Position numbers and translations under genes: made by a program. Source: an uncultured bacterium (GTDB taxonomy: Bacteria; Oederibacteriota; JAAXVQ01; JAUVAV01). From it: 64,000 nucleotides of DNA. The notes under the pieces were generated by a model that saw only the letters and a list, made by a program, of their open reading frames with translations, had not been told where the DNA came from and made no database searches. The DNA is taken from the NCBI GenBank assembly GCA_963710755.1, contig CAVQBK010000003.1, forward strand, positions 640,001 to 704,000, in the 5' to 3' direction. Shown here one piece after another: positions 47,411-56,630 of the stretch. How positions within the stretch are numbered: the first letter of the stretch is position 1; every line of letters begins with the position of its first letter.

Positions 47411-49205
47411 TACTATTGATGTCCGTCCAGGTGTAATTGGTTTCCAGTAAAAGCACCGTCTGGATCAGGGCCAGATGGGAATAGCCTTGGGGGAAATTGC
47501 CTATCAGTCTTTTACTTTTGATCTCTACATCTTCCGCCAATAAACCATGAAGATTGGCACAACTGAGAATATTGTCAAACATGGCGCGGGCTTTGTCCTT
47601 TTCGCCGACCAGATACAGGGCATTAATCATCCAGAAGGTACAGACGATAAAGGCATTTTCAGGTGTGCCGAAATCATCTTCATCCACGTAGCGCAAGGTC
47701 AGATTATCGCGCACCAGCTCCCGGTAACAGGCATGAACCGTGCTCACCATGCGCGGATCTTGTTTGTCCAAAAAACCATAGTGAAGCATCAGGAGATTGG
47801 CCGCGTCCATATGCTCCGATCCGTAAAAAGCGGTGAACGCCTGCTTATGGTCGTTCCAGCCCTCCGTTAGAATGTCGTTTTTAATCTCTCTGGCCAAACG
47901 AAAACATTCCACGGCATAGCGGCTGTTGCCAATCAGATTAGCTATGCGGGCGGCACGATCCATGGCTACCCAGTTCATAAGTTTGGAATGCACATAATGC
48001 TGCTTGCTGCCCCGTCGTTCCCAAATGCCTGCATCGGGGTCTTGCCATATGGACTTGACTTTGTTGACCAAACTGCGCACCACCGTCCAGATCTCTTCCG
48101 TTAAAAAAGATTCGGGCCTGGGATTGAGGGAGAGGTAGGAATAAATAGTCTCGATCAATTCTCCGTAAAGATCATTCTGCTGCTGCAAATACGCGGCATT
48201 GCCGATGCGCACGGGCCGTGAACCGGCATAGCCCGCCAAATGATCCAGGCTGCGCTCATCCAGCGTTTTCTCGCCGTTGATCCCGTACATGACGGTCACA
48301 TGCTCATGCTTAAGCAGCATGCGGTTGAGCACAAAGGTTAAAAAACCGTTGGCTGACTTGCTGTGCCCCAAACGGGCATAGAGGTCAATGATCATGGCCG
48401 CATCCCGGATCCAGCAATAACGATAATCCCAATTGCGTTCCCCGCCGATGATTTCAGGCAGGCTGGTGGTGGGGGCGGCGACAACTGCACCGCTGCGCTG
48501 AAACATGAGCAGCTTGAGGGTGATGATGGAGCGAATAACCAGATCACGGTATGCTTTAGGAAATTTGGTTTTGTGGACCCAACCCAGCCAATAACTTTTG
48601 GTTTTTTCATATTCCACATAGATGCGTTCGGCATCCATGGGTGTCAATTTTTCATGGTAGGAGAGGACCACATAAGATGTCTCGCAGGTCAGCTCCAGGG
48701 GTTGTTGCTGAATAAGGCGTTCAAAATCCAGATTACTGTAAACATAAAAACTGTTGTATTGGCCCTGGCGGGAGGTTAATTTCATGTAACCGGGAAACAG
48801 GCGGGCTTCAGCCGGGCTCAAGGCGTAATTGGGACAGGCTAAAAGTTCCACTGTGATTTTGGGTTTGCCGGAGATAACGCGAATGTCACGGTGAATTTCG
48901 GAGGGGCAGTAATATTGACCGCTCTCGGTTTTGAAACGGGGCATATAATCCATGACGTCGAAGGCACCGTCCGGGGTATGATAAGTGGTTTTCAGGATGG
49001 CCGTATTGGGCACATAGCGCTGGGTGACGGAGGTGGCGCCCACGCCGTTGATTTTAAAGTAACCGCCCTGGTGCTCATCCAGCAATTTGGCAAAGAGGGA
49101 AGGGGAATCAAAAAAGGGCAGGCACAACCAATCAATGCTGCCGTCCTTGGACACCAGCGCTGCACTGGTGCAATTACCGATCAGACCATAATCATAATTG
49201 TTCAT
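47397..49205 (-). CDS. Glycoside hydrolase family 15 (trehalase/glucoamylase-like)
   Basis: LIGNCTSAALV, WLC.P.FDS, AAPTTSLPE, RNWDYRYCWIRD, GIWE.R, GNFPQ.YSH. Confidence 0.93.
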   Translation of the reverse strand: MNNYDYGLIGNCTSAALVSKDGSIDWLCLPFFDSPSLFAKLLDEHQGGYFKINGVGATSVTQRYVPNTAILKTTYHTPDGAFDVMDYMPRFKTESGQYYCPSEIHRDIRVISGKPKITVELLACPNYALSPAEARLFPGYMKLTSRQGQYNSFYVYSNLDFERLIQQQPLELTCETSYVVLSYHEKLTPMDAERIYVEYEKTKSYWLGWVHKTKFPKAYRDLVIRSIITLKLLMFQRSGAVVAAPTTSLPEIIGGERNWDYRYCWIRDAAMIIDLYARLGHSKSANGFLTFVLNRMLLKHEHVTVMYGINGEKTLDERSLDHLAGYAGSRPVRIGNAAYLQQQNDLYGELIETIYSYLSLNPRPESFLTEEIWTVVRSLVNKVKSIWQDPDAGIWERRGSKQHYVHSKLMNWVAMDRAARIANLIGNSRYAVECFRLAREIKNDILTEGWNDHKQAFTAFYGSEHMDAANLLMLHYGFLDKQDPRMVSTVHACYRELVRDNLTLRYVDEDDFGTPENAFIVCTFWMINALYLVGEKDKARAMFDNILSCANLHGLLAEDVEIKSKRLIGNFPQGYSHLALIQTVLLLETNYTWTDINSIIGF

Positions 49206-49235
49206 TGAGGGCATCCTTTGCAAAGAAATGCTATT

Positions 49236-49357
49236 TAATTCCGGCTGCGGAAAGAGGTGTTTTCGAGCTTAGCCAAATAGTCCTCTCCTCTTGGGAGCTA
49301 CCCTTACCGCGAGCACCCTGCGGGATAGGAAAATGGTCCTTTCCGCAACAGGAATTA
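49236..49357 (-). other. Structured element with 19-bp terminal inverted repeats in the GH15 leader
   Basis: TAATTCCGGCTGCGGAAAG / CTTTCCGCAACAGGAATTA (17/19 paired) enclosing two small hairpins. Confidence 0.55.
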
Positions 49358-49520
49358 TTTATATACCATTTCTTAGGGTCGAATACAAAGACTATCACTG
49401 TCCCGGAAAAATCACAGCCTTGCCCTAGTGGTGCGGATCGCTATGGCTAAAGCCTGCAAAGTATGTTATGAATACTAATCAGTTTAACCCCAACAAAACG
49501 AGGAGCAAAAGGCAAGCATC

Positions 49521-50330
49521 ATGGCCAAGCCGCGCTTAGGACAACATTTCTTAAAGGATCAATCTTATCTTGCCAAAATCCTCAAAGCCGCCGATGTGGG
49601 ACCGGAAGATGCGGTGATTGAAGTCGGACCGGGGAAGGGCATTTTGACCAAGGCTCTATGCCGTCAAGCCGGGCTGGTACTGGCCCTGGAACTGGATGAA
49701 CGTCTGGCCGATGGGTTGCATGAACGCTTGGGCCATCTGGATAATCTGGAAATCAGAAAAACGGACGCCCGGTTTGTGGACTGGAATCAGCTGGGTCTGG
49801 AATTAAACGATCGCGGCTATAAGCAGCTTAAACTTGTTTCCAACCTGCCTTATTACCTGGCCACCCAAATGGTGATCCATGCCCTGGCCGCTGAGCACGG
49901 GGTCAGCCGTTTGGTCGTCATGATCCAGGAAGAAGTGGGCCGGCGTATGGTTGCCGAGGCCGGACACAAGGATTACGGCGCCTATTCAGTTGCCATACGC
50001 TATTATGCCGAGGCCCGTTATATTTGCACGGTTCCGTCCAAAGCTTTCAATCCGCCGCCCAAAGTTTCTTCGGCAGTGGTGTGTCTGGATAAACGGCCGT
50101 CACCAGCACTACATCTTGATAATGAGGAAGGCTTCTTTTACCTGGTTCATGCCATGTTCAATCACCGCCGCAAGACCCTGCGCAAATGTCTGACTGGTGC
50201 CAAGGGTGTACCCGAGCAAGGGGCCTGGGACAAAATCATCAATCAGGCCAAGCTTGATCCCACACAGCGGCCTGAGACCTTGAGCATGGAAGACTTGGGA
50301 CGACTTTATCAGGAAACCATCAGCCTGTGA
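49521..50330 (+). CDS. rsmA: 16S rRNA adenine dimethyltransferase
   Basis: LGQHFL, EVGPGKG.LT, NLPY, F.P.PKV.S, RRKTL. Confidence 0.97.
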   Translation: MAKPRLGQHFLKDQSYLAKILKAADVGPEDAVIEVGPGKGILTKALCRQAGLVLALELDERLADGLHERLGHLDNLEIRKTDARFVDWNQLGLELNDRGYKQLKLVSNLPYYLATQMVIHALAAEHGVSRLVVMIQEEVGRRMVAEAGHKDYGAYSVAIRYYAEARYICTVPSKAFNPPPKVSSAVVCLDKRPSPALHLDNEEGFFYLVHAMFNHRRKTLRKCLTGAKGVPEQGAWDKIINQAKLDPTQRPETLSMEDLGRLYQETISL

Positions 50331-50372
50331 ATACAGGCAGGGGTTGATATAGATCATCATCAGGAGGACTGC

Positions 50373-51839
50373 ATGAGTATAGCTATCATTAATTCCAGCA
50401 AGACCATTAAAACGGAAACGTTGATCATTGGGGCAGTGGAAGGCGCGGCGCCGCAAGGGCTGAATCAGGACGTGGATCAGCAACTGAGCCATTTGCTCGC
50501 CTTGGGCGATCTGAAAGGGAAAAAAGAGGAAGTCACCGTGGTTTATCCCCAGGGGCAGAATGTCAAACGGGTGGTGGTGGTCGGCCTGGGCAAGGAACAA
50601 GAGGTCAGCTTGGAGCTGATTCGCCAAGCCGTGGCCCGGGGTGTGAAAAAAGCCCAGGCCTTGAAAAGTACGCAGGCCACAGTGGACCTGGAAACGTTTT
50701 TGGTGAACCAGCTTGATGTTCAGGCCGTGGCGGAAGCCGTGGCGCTGGCGGCCATGCTCAATCAATACTGTTTTGATACTTATAAACCGGAAAAGGATGC
50801 TCCGCTTAAACTGGCCCTGGCTTTTTCCAAGCCGGAAGCCATAAAGAAAGCCGTGCAATTCGGCCAGACCGTGGCGGAGGGCGCCAATTTCGCCCGCAGC
50901 CTGGGCGACTTGCCGCCCAATGAGCTCTATCCGGAGAGCCTGGCCAAGGCTGCCCAGGCCATGGTGCGTTCACACCCCAACCTGGCCATCAAAGTCATGA
51001 AAAAAGCTGAGTTGGAGAAAGCCGGCTTTCGGGCTTTGCTGGCGGTTGGTCAGGGCAGCGTCCATCCGCCGGTGTTCATGGAATTGACCTATCAGGGCGG
51101 CAAGGCCGGTCAAAAGCCGATTGTGCTGGTGGGCAAGGGCATCACCTTTGATTCCGGCGGCATCTCACTCAAGCCAAGTGCGCAAATGGATGAAATGCGG
51201 TTTGACATGTGCGGCGCGGCCGCGGTGTTGGGCGTGCTTAAGGCGGCCTCGGAACTCAAGCTGCCCCTTAACCTGATCGGTATGATCTCGTCAGCGGAAA
51301 ACCTGCCCTCCGGCAGTGCTTACCGGCCTGGCGACATTGTCCGCTCCCTTTCCGGTAAAACCATTGAGGTCCTCAATACGGATGCCGAAGGCCGGGTAGT
51401 GCTGGCTGATGCGCTTCACCAGGCCACCCAGCGTCGGCCGGAATGCATTGTGGATTTTGCCACTCTGACCGGCGCGGTGGTCGTGGCCTTGGGCCATGTG
51501 GCAGCCGGACTGGTGACCAATCAGGACAGCCTGGGCCAGGAACTGCTGAGCGCGGGCCAAGCATCGGGTGAGCGCTTGTGGCAGCTGCCCCTGTGGGATG
51601 AGTACCGTGAGCTGATGAAAAGTGATGTGGCCGATGTGGCCAATATCAGCAAGGATCGTAGTGCCGGTACCATTACCGGCGGCGTATTTTTGGAGAAGTT
51701 TGTGAACAATATCGCCTGGGCCCATCTGGACATTGCCGGTACGGCCTGGGGACAGAAGAACGCGCTTTACGGCAAAGGCGTGACCGGAGCCGGTGTGCGC
51801 GTGGTCATGGACTGGCTGCGCTCCAAAATAAAAAAATAG
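50373..51839 (+). CDS. pepA: Leucyl aminopeptidase (M17)
   Basis: GKGITFDSGG, DM.GAA, NTDAEGR, ATLTGA, WAHLDIAG. Confidence 0.96.
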   Translation: MSIAIINSSKTIKTETLIIGAVEGAAPQGLNQDVDQQLSHLLALGDLKGKKEEVTVVYPQGQNVKRVVVVGLGKEQEVSLELIRQAVARGVKKAQALKSTQATVDLETFLVNQLDVQAVAEAVALAAMLNQYCFDTYKPEKDAPLKLALAFSKPEAIKKAVQFGQTVAEGANFARSLGDLPPNELYPESLAKAAQAMVRSHPNLAIKVMKKAELEKAGFRALLAVGQGSVHPPVFMELTYQGGKAGQKPIVLVGKGITFDSGGISLKPSAQMDEMRFDMCGAAAVLGVLKAASELKLPLNLIGMISSAENLPSGSAYRPGDIVRSLSGKTIEVLNTDAEGRVVLADALHQATQRRPECIVDFATLTGAVVVALGHVAAGLVTNQDSLGQELLSAGQASGERLWQLPLWDEYRELMKSDVADVANISKDRSAGTITGGVFLEKFVNNIAWAHLDIAGTAWGQKNALYGKGVTGAGVRVVMDWLRSKIKK

Positions 51840-51853
51840 GGGATGACGGGCGG

Positions 51854-51888
51854 TTGACAAGCGCCTGTTACGATGTATACTATACATC
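51854..51888 (+). promoter_or_regulatory. TA-operon promoter with palindromic operator
   Basis: TTGACA, 16 bp, TATACT; perfect IR GATGTATA-C-TATACATC (51872-51888) covers the -10. Confidence 0.75.
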
Positions 51889-51905
51889 ATTGGAGGTGAG
51901 GCCGG

Positions 51906-52163
51906 ATGCACCGCACGCAAATCTATCTTTCGGACGCGCAACTGCTTTATTTGCATAATTTGAGCAGAAAACGTCAAAAAAAACTATCGGAACTGATTCG
52001 GGAAGCTATTGACCAATACTATGTCATTGAAAAACAGCAGGACGTGTCCCATGCCATTGATGCTGTTTTTGGGCTCTGGTCCAATCGCCGGGATTTACCT
52101 GATACGGGAACCTACCTGCGTGAATTACGTAAATCCGTCCGTTTGAAGCGGATGAAGCGATGA
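51906..52163 (+). CDS. vapB: Ribbon-helix-helix (CopG-like) antitoxin
   Basis: RTQIYL...SELIREAID; overlaps the PIN toxin gene by 4 bp. Confidence 0.8.
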   Translation: MHRTQIYLSDAQLLYLHNLSRKRQKKLSELIREAIDQYYVIEKQQDVSHAIDAVFGLWSNRRDLPDTGTYLRELRKSVRLKRMKR

Positions 52164-52540
52164 AGAAAATTTTACTGGATAGCGATATCATCATTGAAAT
52201 TCTTAGGCGAAATCAAAAAATCGCCGATGGACTTAAGCGCATGGCCGCCAAGAATGTCCGTTTGTTTTTTTCTCCTGTGGTGTTGGCGGAAGTCAGGGCC
52301 GGTATGCGGCCTAAAGAAAAAGAAGCGACCATGGGCTTTTTTGATGCCTTGGAGTGCATCCCCATCAGCCGGGAAATTGGAGAAAAAGCGGGTCGGTATT
52401 TAAATCAATATCACCGGAGTCACGGCGTGGAATTGGGAGATGCGCTTATTGCGGCGTCGGCTTTTTCAGAAGCCACTTCCTTATTGACCCTTAATCGAAA
52501 ACACTATCCCATGAAAGATATTCATTTACTTATCCTTTAA
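52160..52540 (+). CDS. vapC: PIN-domain toxin
   Basis: LLDSDII, E, DALIAA, LLT.N.KHY. Confidence 0.92.
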   Translation: MKKILLDSDIIIEILRRNQKIADGLKRMAAKNVRLFFSPVVLAEVRAGMRPKEKEATMGFFDALECIPISREIGEKAGRYLNQYHRSHGVELGDALIAASAFSEATSLLTLNRKHYPMKDIHLLIL

Positions 52541-52546
52541 CCCGGC

Positions 52547-53743
52547 CTAACTGGAATTCTGTAGGGGTGATATCCATCTCTGGAAATTGATCTCCTTATC
52601 CAATCCTTCGAACCCTTTTTCACTAATTGTAATATCCGCATTTTCCAAAATTTTCCTAATGCCATTATCTTTGATATCACAATAGAATATTTTGGTATTA
52701 TTCTTCAATGTTTTTTGAAAAAGAGCAATGGCATGCGGATCTGTTCGGGGGAACCCGTATCCTATAATCAGGCACCATGACGCCCTTTCGAGAATGCTTT
52801 GACCTGCTTCCCACTGCAGGTTAATCGTCCGGCGGACATGATTGTCACGATTGGGATCATCAGGTTCATTATGAACTTCCACTTTTGTATAAGTCGGCGG
52901 CACCATTAGCGGCTGAGTATACGCCCCACATCTTTTATACTGCGGTTCAATCCCATTGGGATGATAAACATTTAAAGGTACTGGCTTAGAATCACTCCAA
53001 TTTAAGCTGCCGTGCAGTTTGATAAGCTTGGTACGCGTTTGTTCTAATGGTTCCGGAAATTTATACCAGTAAGGAATATTTAATCTATCCAAAGCTTTTT
53101 CCGCAAAAAGATCATAATTGGTCGTGAGAATATCAAACTCAACCTTCTCATCGTTTAGGCACCTAAACAACTTCTGAAACGAACAGTTTTGATCATTTGG
53201 CGATGTTGAGTAAATTTTATAAATTAAATACCTGAATTCAACATCCGCATCTCCGCAAAAAAAATGAGGGTGCCGCTCAGGCCGGGTCTGATTGCACGGC
53301 GCGCGTCGTCCCAGAGCGAGGTACTCCTTCTCCAGCCCACAAAATAAATCGAGATAAGTATAATAATTAAATTTTCCGAACTCGCTTATAAATCCAGGTT
53401 CACCCAGCATCCGAACCAATTCGGATTCAATCTTCTTTAAGTATTTGTCTTTGGTAATTTGTGCAAATTGACCCCATTGATGGGCCAAATTGAAAAACGA
53501 CCAGGTTTTTTCCATGGATTTAAGCGTTGGCAGATGCCGGCGCAACAGGCAGAGCGCCGGGTAGGCCTCTTCGTCGAGTGTGACTTCCTCCCAAAAAGTC
53601 GCATCAATCGGAAAATGCCCGTCACTTTTGACGGTTAAATGGATTCCGCTTTCTTTCAATTTATCTTTATCACATTCCAATCCCGATCCCTTGGTGGCAC
53701 CGGAACCAAAAAATATCGCGAGCCGTTCAGTCATATCCAACAC
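52547..53743 (-). CDS. SIR2-like (SIR2_2) domain protein, candidate defence effector
   Basis: FFGSGAT, TTNYD, KLHGSLNW, PP...K, IIGYGF..D; AT-rich. Confidence 0.8.
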   Translation of the reverse strand: MLDMTERLAIFFGSGATKGSGLECDKDKLKESGIHLTVKSDGHFPIDATFWEEVTLDEEAYPALCLLRRHLPTLKSMEKTWSFFNLAHQWGQFAQITKDKYLKKIESELVRMLGEPGFISEFGKFNYYTYLDLFCGLEKEYLALGRRAPCNQTRPERHPHFFCGDADVEFRYLIYKIYSTSPNDQNCSFQKLFRCLNDEKVEFDILTTNYDLFAEKALDRLNIPYWYKFPEPLEQTRTKLIKLHGSLNWSDSKPVPLNVYHPNGIEPQYKRCGAYTQPLMVPPTYTKVEVHNEPDDPNRDNHVRRTINLQWEAGQSILERASWCLIIGYGFPRTDPHAIALFQKTLKNNTKIFYCDIKDNGIRKILENADITISEKGFEGLDKEINFQRWISPLQNSS

Positions 53744-53755
53744 CTGTTTTCTCTC

Positions 53756-53926
53756 TTACGAGATGTTGTGTTTAGCCTGTTTTTGCAAGGCTTTGATCTT
53801 TTCCTTGGCTTTTTTAATATTATCTTTGACGCCGGGATAAACCGGGGCCAGCGTGAGCGTATCATTCCAATTGGCAATGGCCTGTTTGTACTCCGCCTGG
53901 GTGTATTGCCCGATGCCTTTGATGTA
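53756..53926 (-). pseudogene. Orphan duplicate of the last 49 codons of the 54720-56630 gene plus a QAKHNIS extension
   Basis: 53780-53926 vs 54723-54869: 18 mismatches in 147 bp, 44/49 aa identical; no credible start. Confidence 0.85.
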
Positions 53927-54026
53927 GTGAAAAAAATGATGCCAGCCCCTGGATTTCCACAACAACCATAATGTATTTATTTTTAATTTCACATTACCCG
54001 CTGTACACCCCCAACATAATGAAATT

Positions 54027-54584
54027 TTATTTCCCGGCCCAGCTCAAGTGATAAATCCATTTATTTTTATTGCTGAAATCGACTTTAGTGTTTATGTTCT
54101 TAACACCCGTCATTTCCATGACAGCAGTTAAATAACCTTTTTGCATGGTTAAAAAAAGTTCTGGTATATCTGGATAGTCTTCGATAATGAAATCGCATGA
54201 GTGATTATCCTGGCTTTTTGTCATATAAGCTTTGCCAACACTGTGAATGGTCTTCCAAACCCTGGCTGCTTGATTAATGACAAAATCAGGCTTAGCAAAG
54301 CGAAATAGAAACTTATACACACCTTTCATTTGATCCTGAGCCATTGATGCACAGAAATTTATAATTCTTTTCTCAAGTACTTCATTGGGGTATTAAATTT
54401 CGGTTCCCAACACACAAGTTTTAACTGCAAATTCAATTGATGTCCAAGAAACATACGTTACCGTTTGCAACCGCTCTTGCTCTTCAGTTGATAATTTATC
54501 CAAAATAGTTTCCCAAGCATCTTGTCCTTTTGCTTTTAATAAATTCCTTAAATAAACTGAACCCGCTCCTTTGATATCACCCAT
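54027..54584 (-). pseudogene. ~185-aa DUF2378/V4R-like protein split by one in-frame TAA
   Basis: ORFs 54393-54584 and 54027-54344 share a frame with a single stop at 54393-54395 (...TEI*YPNE...); AAGGAG RBS; IKG.G, SW, KGVYK...F, A...W...H..G pattern. Confidence 0.7.
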
Positions 54585-54700
54585 AATGATCTCCTTAGAA
54601 AAACTTCTTTAAATCAGTTATCGGTTAAATTCACAAAATTGCAACATTATCATCAATGAAAGTGAATGGGCTTGCATGCTTACCTTATTTTTGAACTCAA

Positions 54701-54713
54701 GTGCCTGGCACCA
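54701..54713. repeat. GTGCCTGGCACCA near-palindrome
   Basis: One mismatch to the core of the 1743/4866 repeats; a degenerate inverted copy lies at 53937-53950. Confidence 0.55.
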
Positions 54714-54719
54714 TCACCC

Positions 54720-56630
54720 CTATTTTTGCAAAGCCTTGATTTTTTCCTTGGCCTTTTTGATATTGTCTTTGGCGCCGGGATAAGCCGGGTCCAGGGTAAG
54801 CGCATCCTCCCAGTTGGCAATGGCCTGTTTATACTCCGCCTGGGTGTATTGTCCGATGCCTTTAATGTAGAGTTCCTTGGCCTTACGTTCAAACTTATCG
54901 ACGTGGTTATGGAGCAAGCTCAAAGCTTGGGAGTGCTTGGGGGATAAGGCCAGCACTTGGTGCAAATGACCGGCTGCGCGAATCAAGTCATTGGCAGCTA
55001 AATAATTCCGGGCAGCTTGCAGCAAGTCATTCACTTTGTCTTCCAACAGGTTCAGCGCCTGTTTTAATATCTTTCGGGTTTGCTGATGATGAGGCGCGAT
55101 TTTCAACACCCGATCCCATTGCTTAATGGCTTCCCGGTAAGCGCCCTTTTCAAAAGCTTTTAGCCCTGCCAGGTAATATTCGCGGATTCTTGGGTCTTTG
55201 AAGCTTTTACCGGTCTTGGTCATTTGGACCCTGGTTTTTTTCAGCATCTTTTTGGCTTCTTTATGATCCTTGTCAATGGTGAGCACCGCCTGGCAGGCCA
55301 GCAAGGCATCGGCCCAGCGCATTTGCTTGTAGGCTTTTTTAGCAACAGCCAGTTCTTTGGCAATGGTTTGTTGGTTAAAGGTGGTCTGGATGGCGGCCAG
55401 TTCCTTGGTGGCTTCAAGATTGTTTTCATCCATCAGCAGGATCCGCTGGTACTCCTCCATGGCATCCTGGTACTGGTGCTGTTTGGCAAAACGGGCGGCT
55501 TTTTTCAGACGATGCGCCACTTCCTGTTGCTGCTCCTGTTGGCGCAAGCCCTGAGTGGCTTCCTTGACGCCGGACGCGGCTACCGGGTCATTGGGCATGA
55601 AGGTGAGCACTTTTTGGAAGGCATCAATGGCCTGGGCATAGGCCTTATCGATCAAAGCCCGTTGGCCTTTTTCCCGGGCTTGAAGGATCAAGTCTCTTTT
55701 TTCATTAGCCAAGGCGCGGCCGCCGCCAAAAAACATGGTCAAACTGGCCCGGTGGCCATAGCCCAGATCGCCTTGAGCAATGAGGGCGTAATCCAGCTGG
55801 TAACCTTGGATGTTGAACCCCAGGCCTGTTCGCAGGCCTGAGAGTTGATCGAGGCCTTCATTTTCCGGGCGCCACGTATAACCGGCCCGAAGGGCAAATA
55901 AATTGTGGTACCAGTATTCCATGCCCAGGCTATAGGTAAACCAGCCCGGCAGGGTTCTGCTCACATCGGCTGTCACATTGAAACTGTCCTGGAAAAAATG
56001 CAAGGCGCCCCCCACCCGGGCGGTTAAGGGTAGGGGATAGCCTGCGACCGGTATCCCGGCACGCAGCAGCGAGGCCCCCAGGGACCACCAGGCACCTTCC
56101 GGCTTGTAGAGCACCCCCAGATCGGCAAAGCCGGTGAGGTAAGTCACATCATCCAATTGCTCCTGAGCAAAGTTAAGCGTAGCACCTAGGGCCAGCCCGG
56201 GCTGCAAAGGATAGGCAAAGGCCAGGCCGGTCATGAGGCTGTAGGGCCGGAAGCCCTCGCCCACCAAAAGCCCGTCGTCATCGCGCCGCAACTGAATATC
56301 GGAATTCAAATAAGTGGCCTGAAAGCCCAGCATGCCGTCCCACACAGGATAGCAGGCAGCTAGAAATTCCTGACGCAAATTCACCAGCCACTGGTTATGC
56401 ATGAAGGCCACTTGGGCATCAGGCAAAAGACCGAGGCCGGCCGGATTCCATGACAAGGCGCTCACGTCGTCAGCCAGGCCGGTGAAAGCCTCGCCCATTG
56501 CTACAGCGCGCGGCCCCATGGGCAGCTCCAAAAAGGCCATGGCTTGCCGGGCTGCCGGGCGGTCACCGGCGTAGAGCTTCACGGGCCAGCAGCAAAGCAA
56601 AAGGGCGAGCAGCAGGATTAATCGTTTCAT
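54720..56630 (-). CDS. PorV/PorQ-family beta-barrel fused to C-terminal TPR repeats
   Basis: Signal peptide, FLELPMGPRAVAMGE, WNPAGL, ALRAGY, DYA...GDLG..HR; about 6 TPR units. Confidence 0.85.
   Translation of the reverse strand: MKRLILLLALLLCCWPVKLYAGDRPAARQAMAFLELPMGPRAVAMGEAFTGLADDVSALSWNPAGLGLLPDAQVAFMHNQWLVNLRQEFLAACYPVWDGMLGFQATYLNSDIQLRRDDDGLLVGEGFRPYSLMTGLAFAYPLQPGLALGATLNFAQEQLDDVTYLTGFADLGVLYKPEGAWWSLGASLLRAGIPVAGYPLPLTARVGGALHFFQDSFNVTADVSRTLPGWFTYSLGMEYWYHNLFALRAGYTWRPENEGLDQLSGLRTGLGFNIQGYQLDYALIAQGDLGYGHRASLTMFFGGGRALANEKRDLILQAREKGQRALIDKAYAQAIDAFQKVLTFMPNDPVAASGVKEATQGLRQQEQQQEVAHRLKKAARFAKQHQYQDAMEEYQRILLMDENNLEATKELAAIQTTFNQQTIAKELAVAKKAYKQMRWADALLACQAVLTIDKDHKEAKKMLKKTRVQMTKTGKSFKDPRIREYYLAGLKAFEKGAYREAIKQWDRVLKIAPHHQQTRKILKQALNLLEDKVNDLLQAARNYLAANDLIRAAGHLHQVLALSPKHSQALSLLHNHVDKFERKAKELYIKGIGQYTQAEYKQAIANWEDALTLDPAYPGAKDNIKKAKEKIKALQK

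Noticed and set aside
53927-53992. N-terminal part of the 78-aa ORF 53756-53992
   Set aside because: Non-homologous junction sequence crossing the palindromic motif, with no RBS; only the duplicated 3' part is meaningful.
53780-54869. 147-bp near-identical pair as a DGR template/variable repeat
   Set aside because: Mismatches are not adenine-specific (many C/T and third-position changes) and no reverse transcriptase is present.
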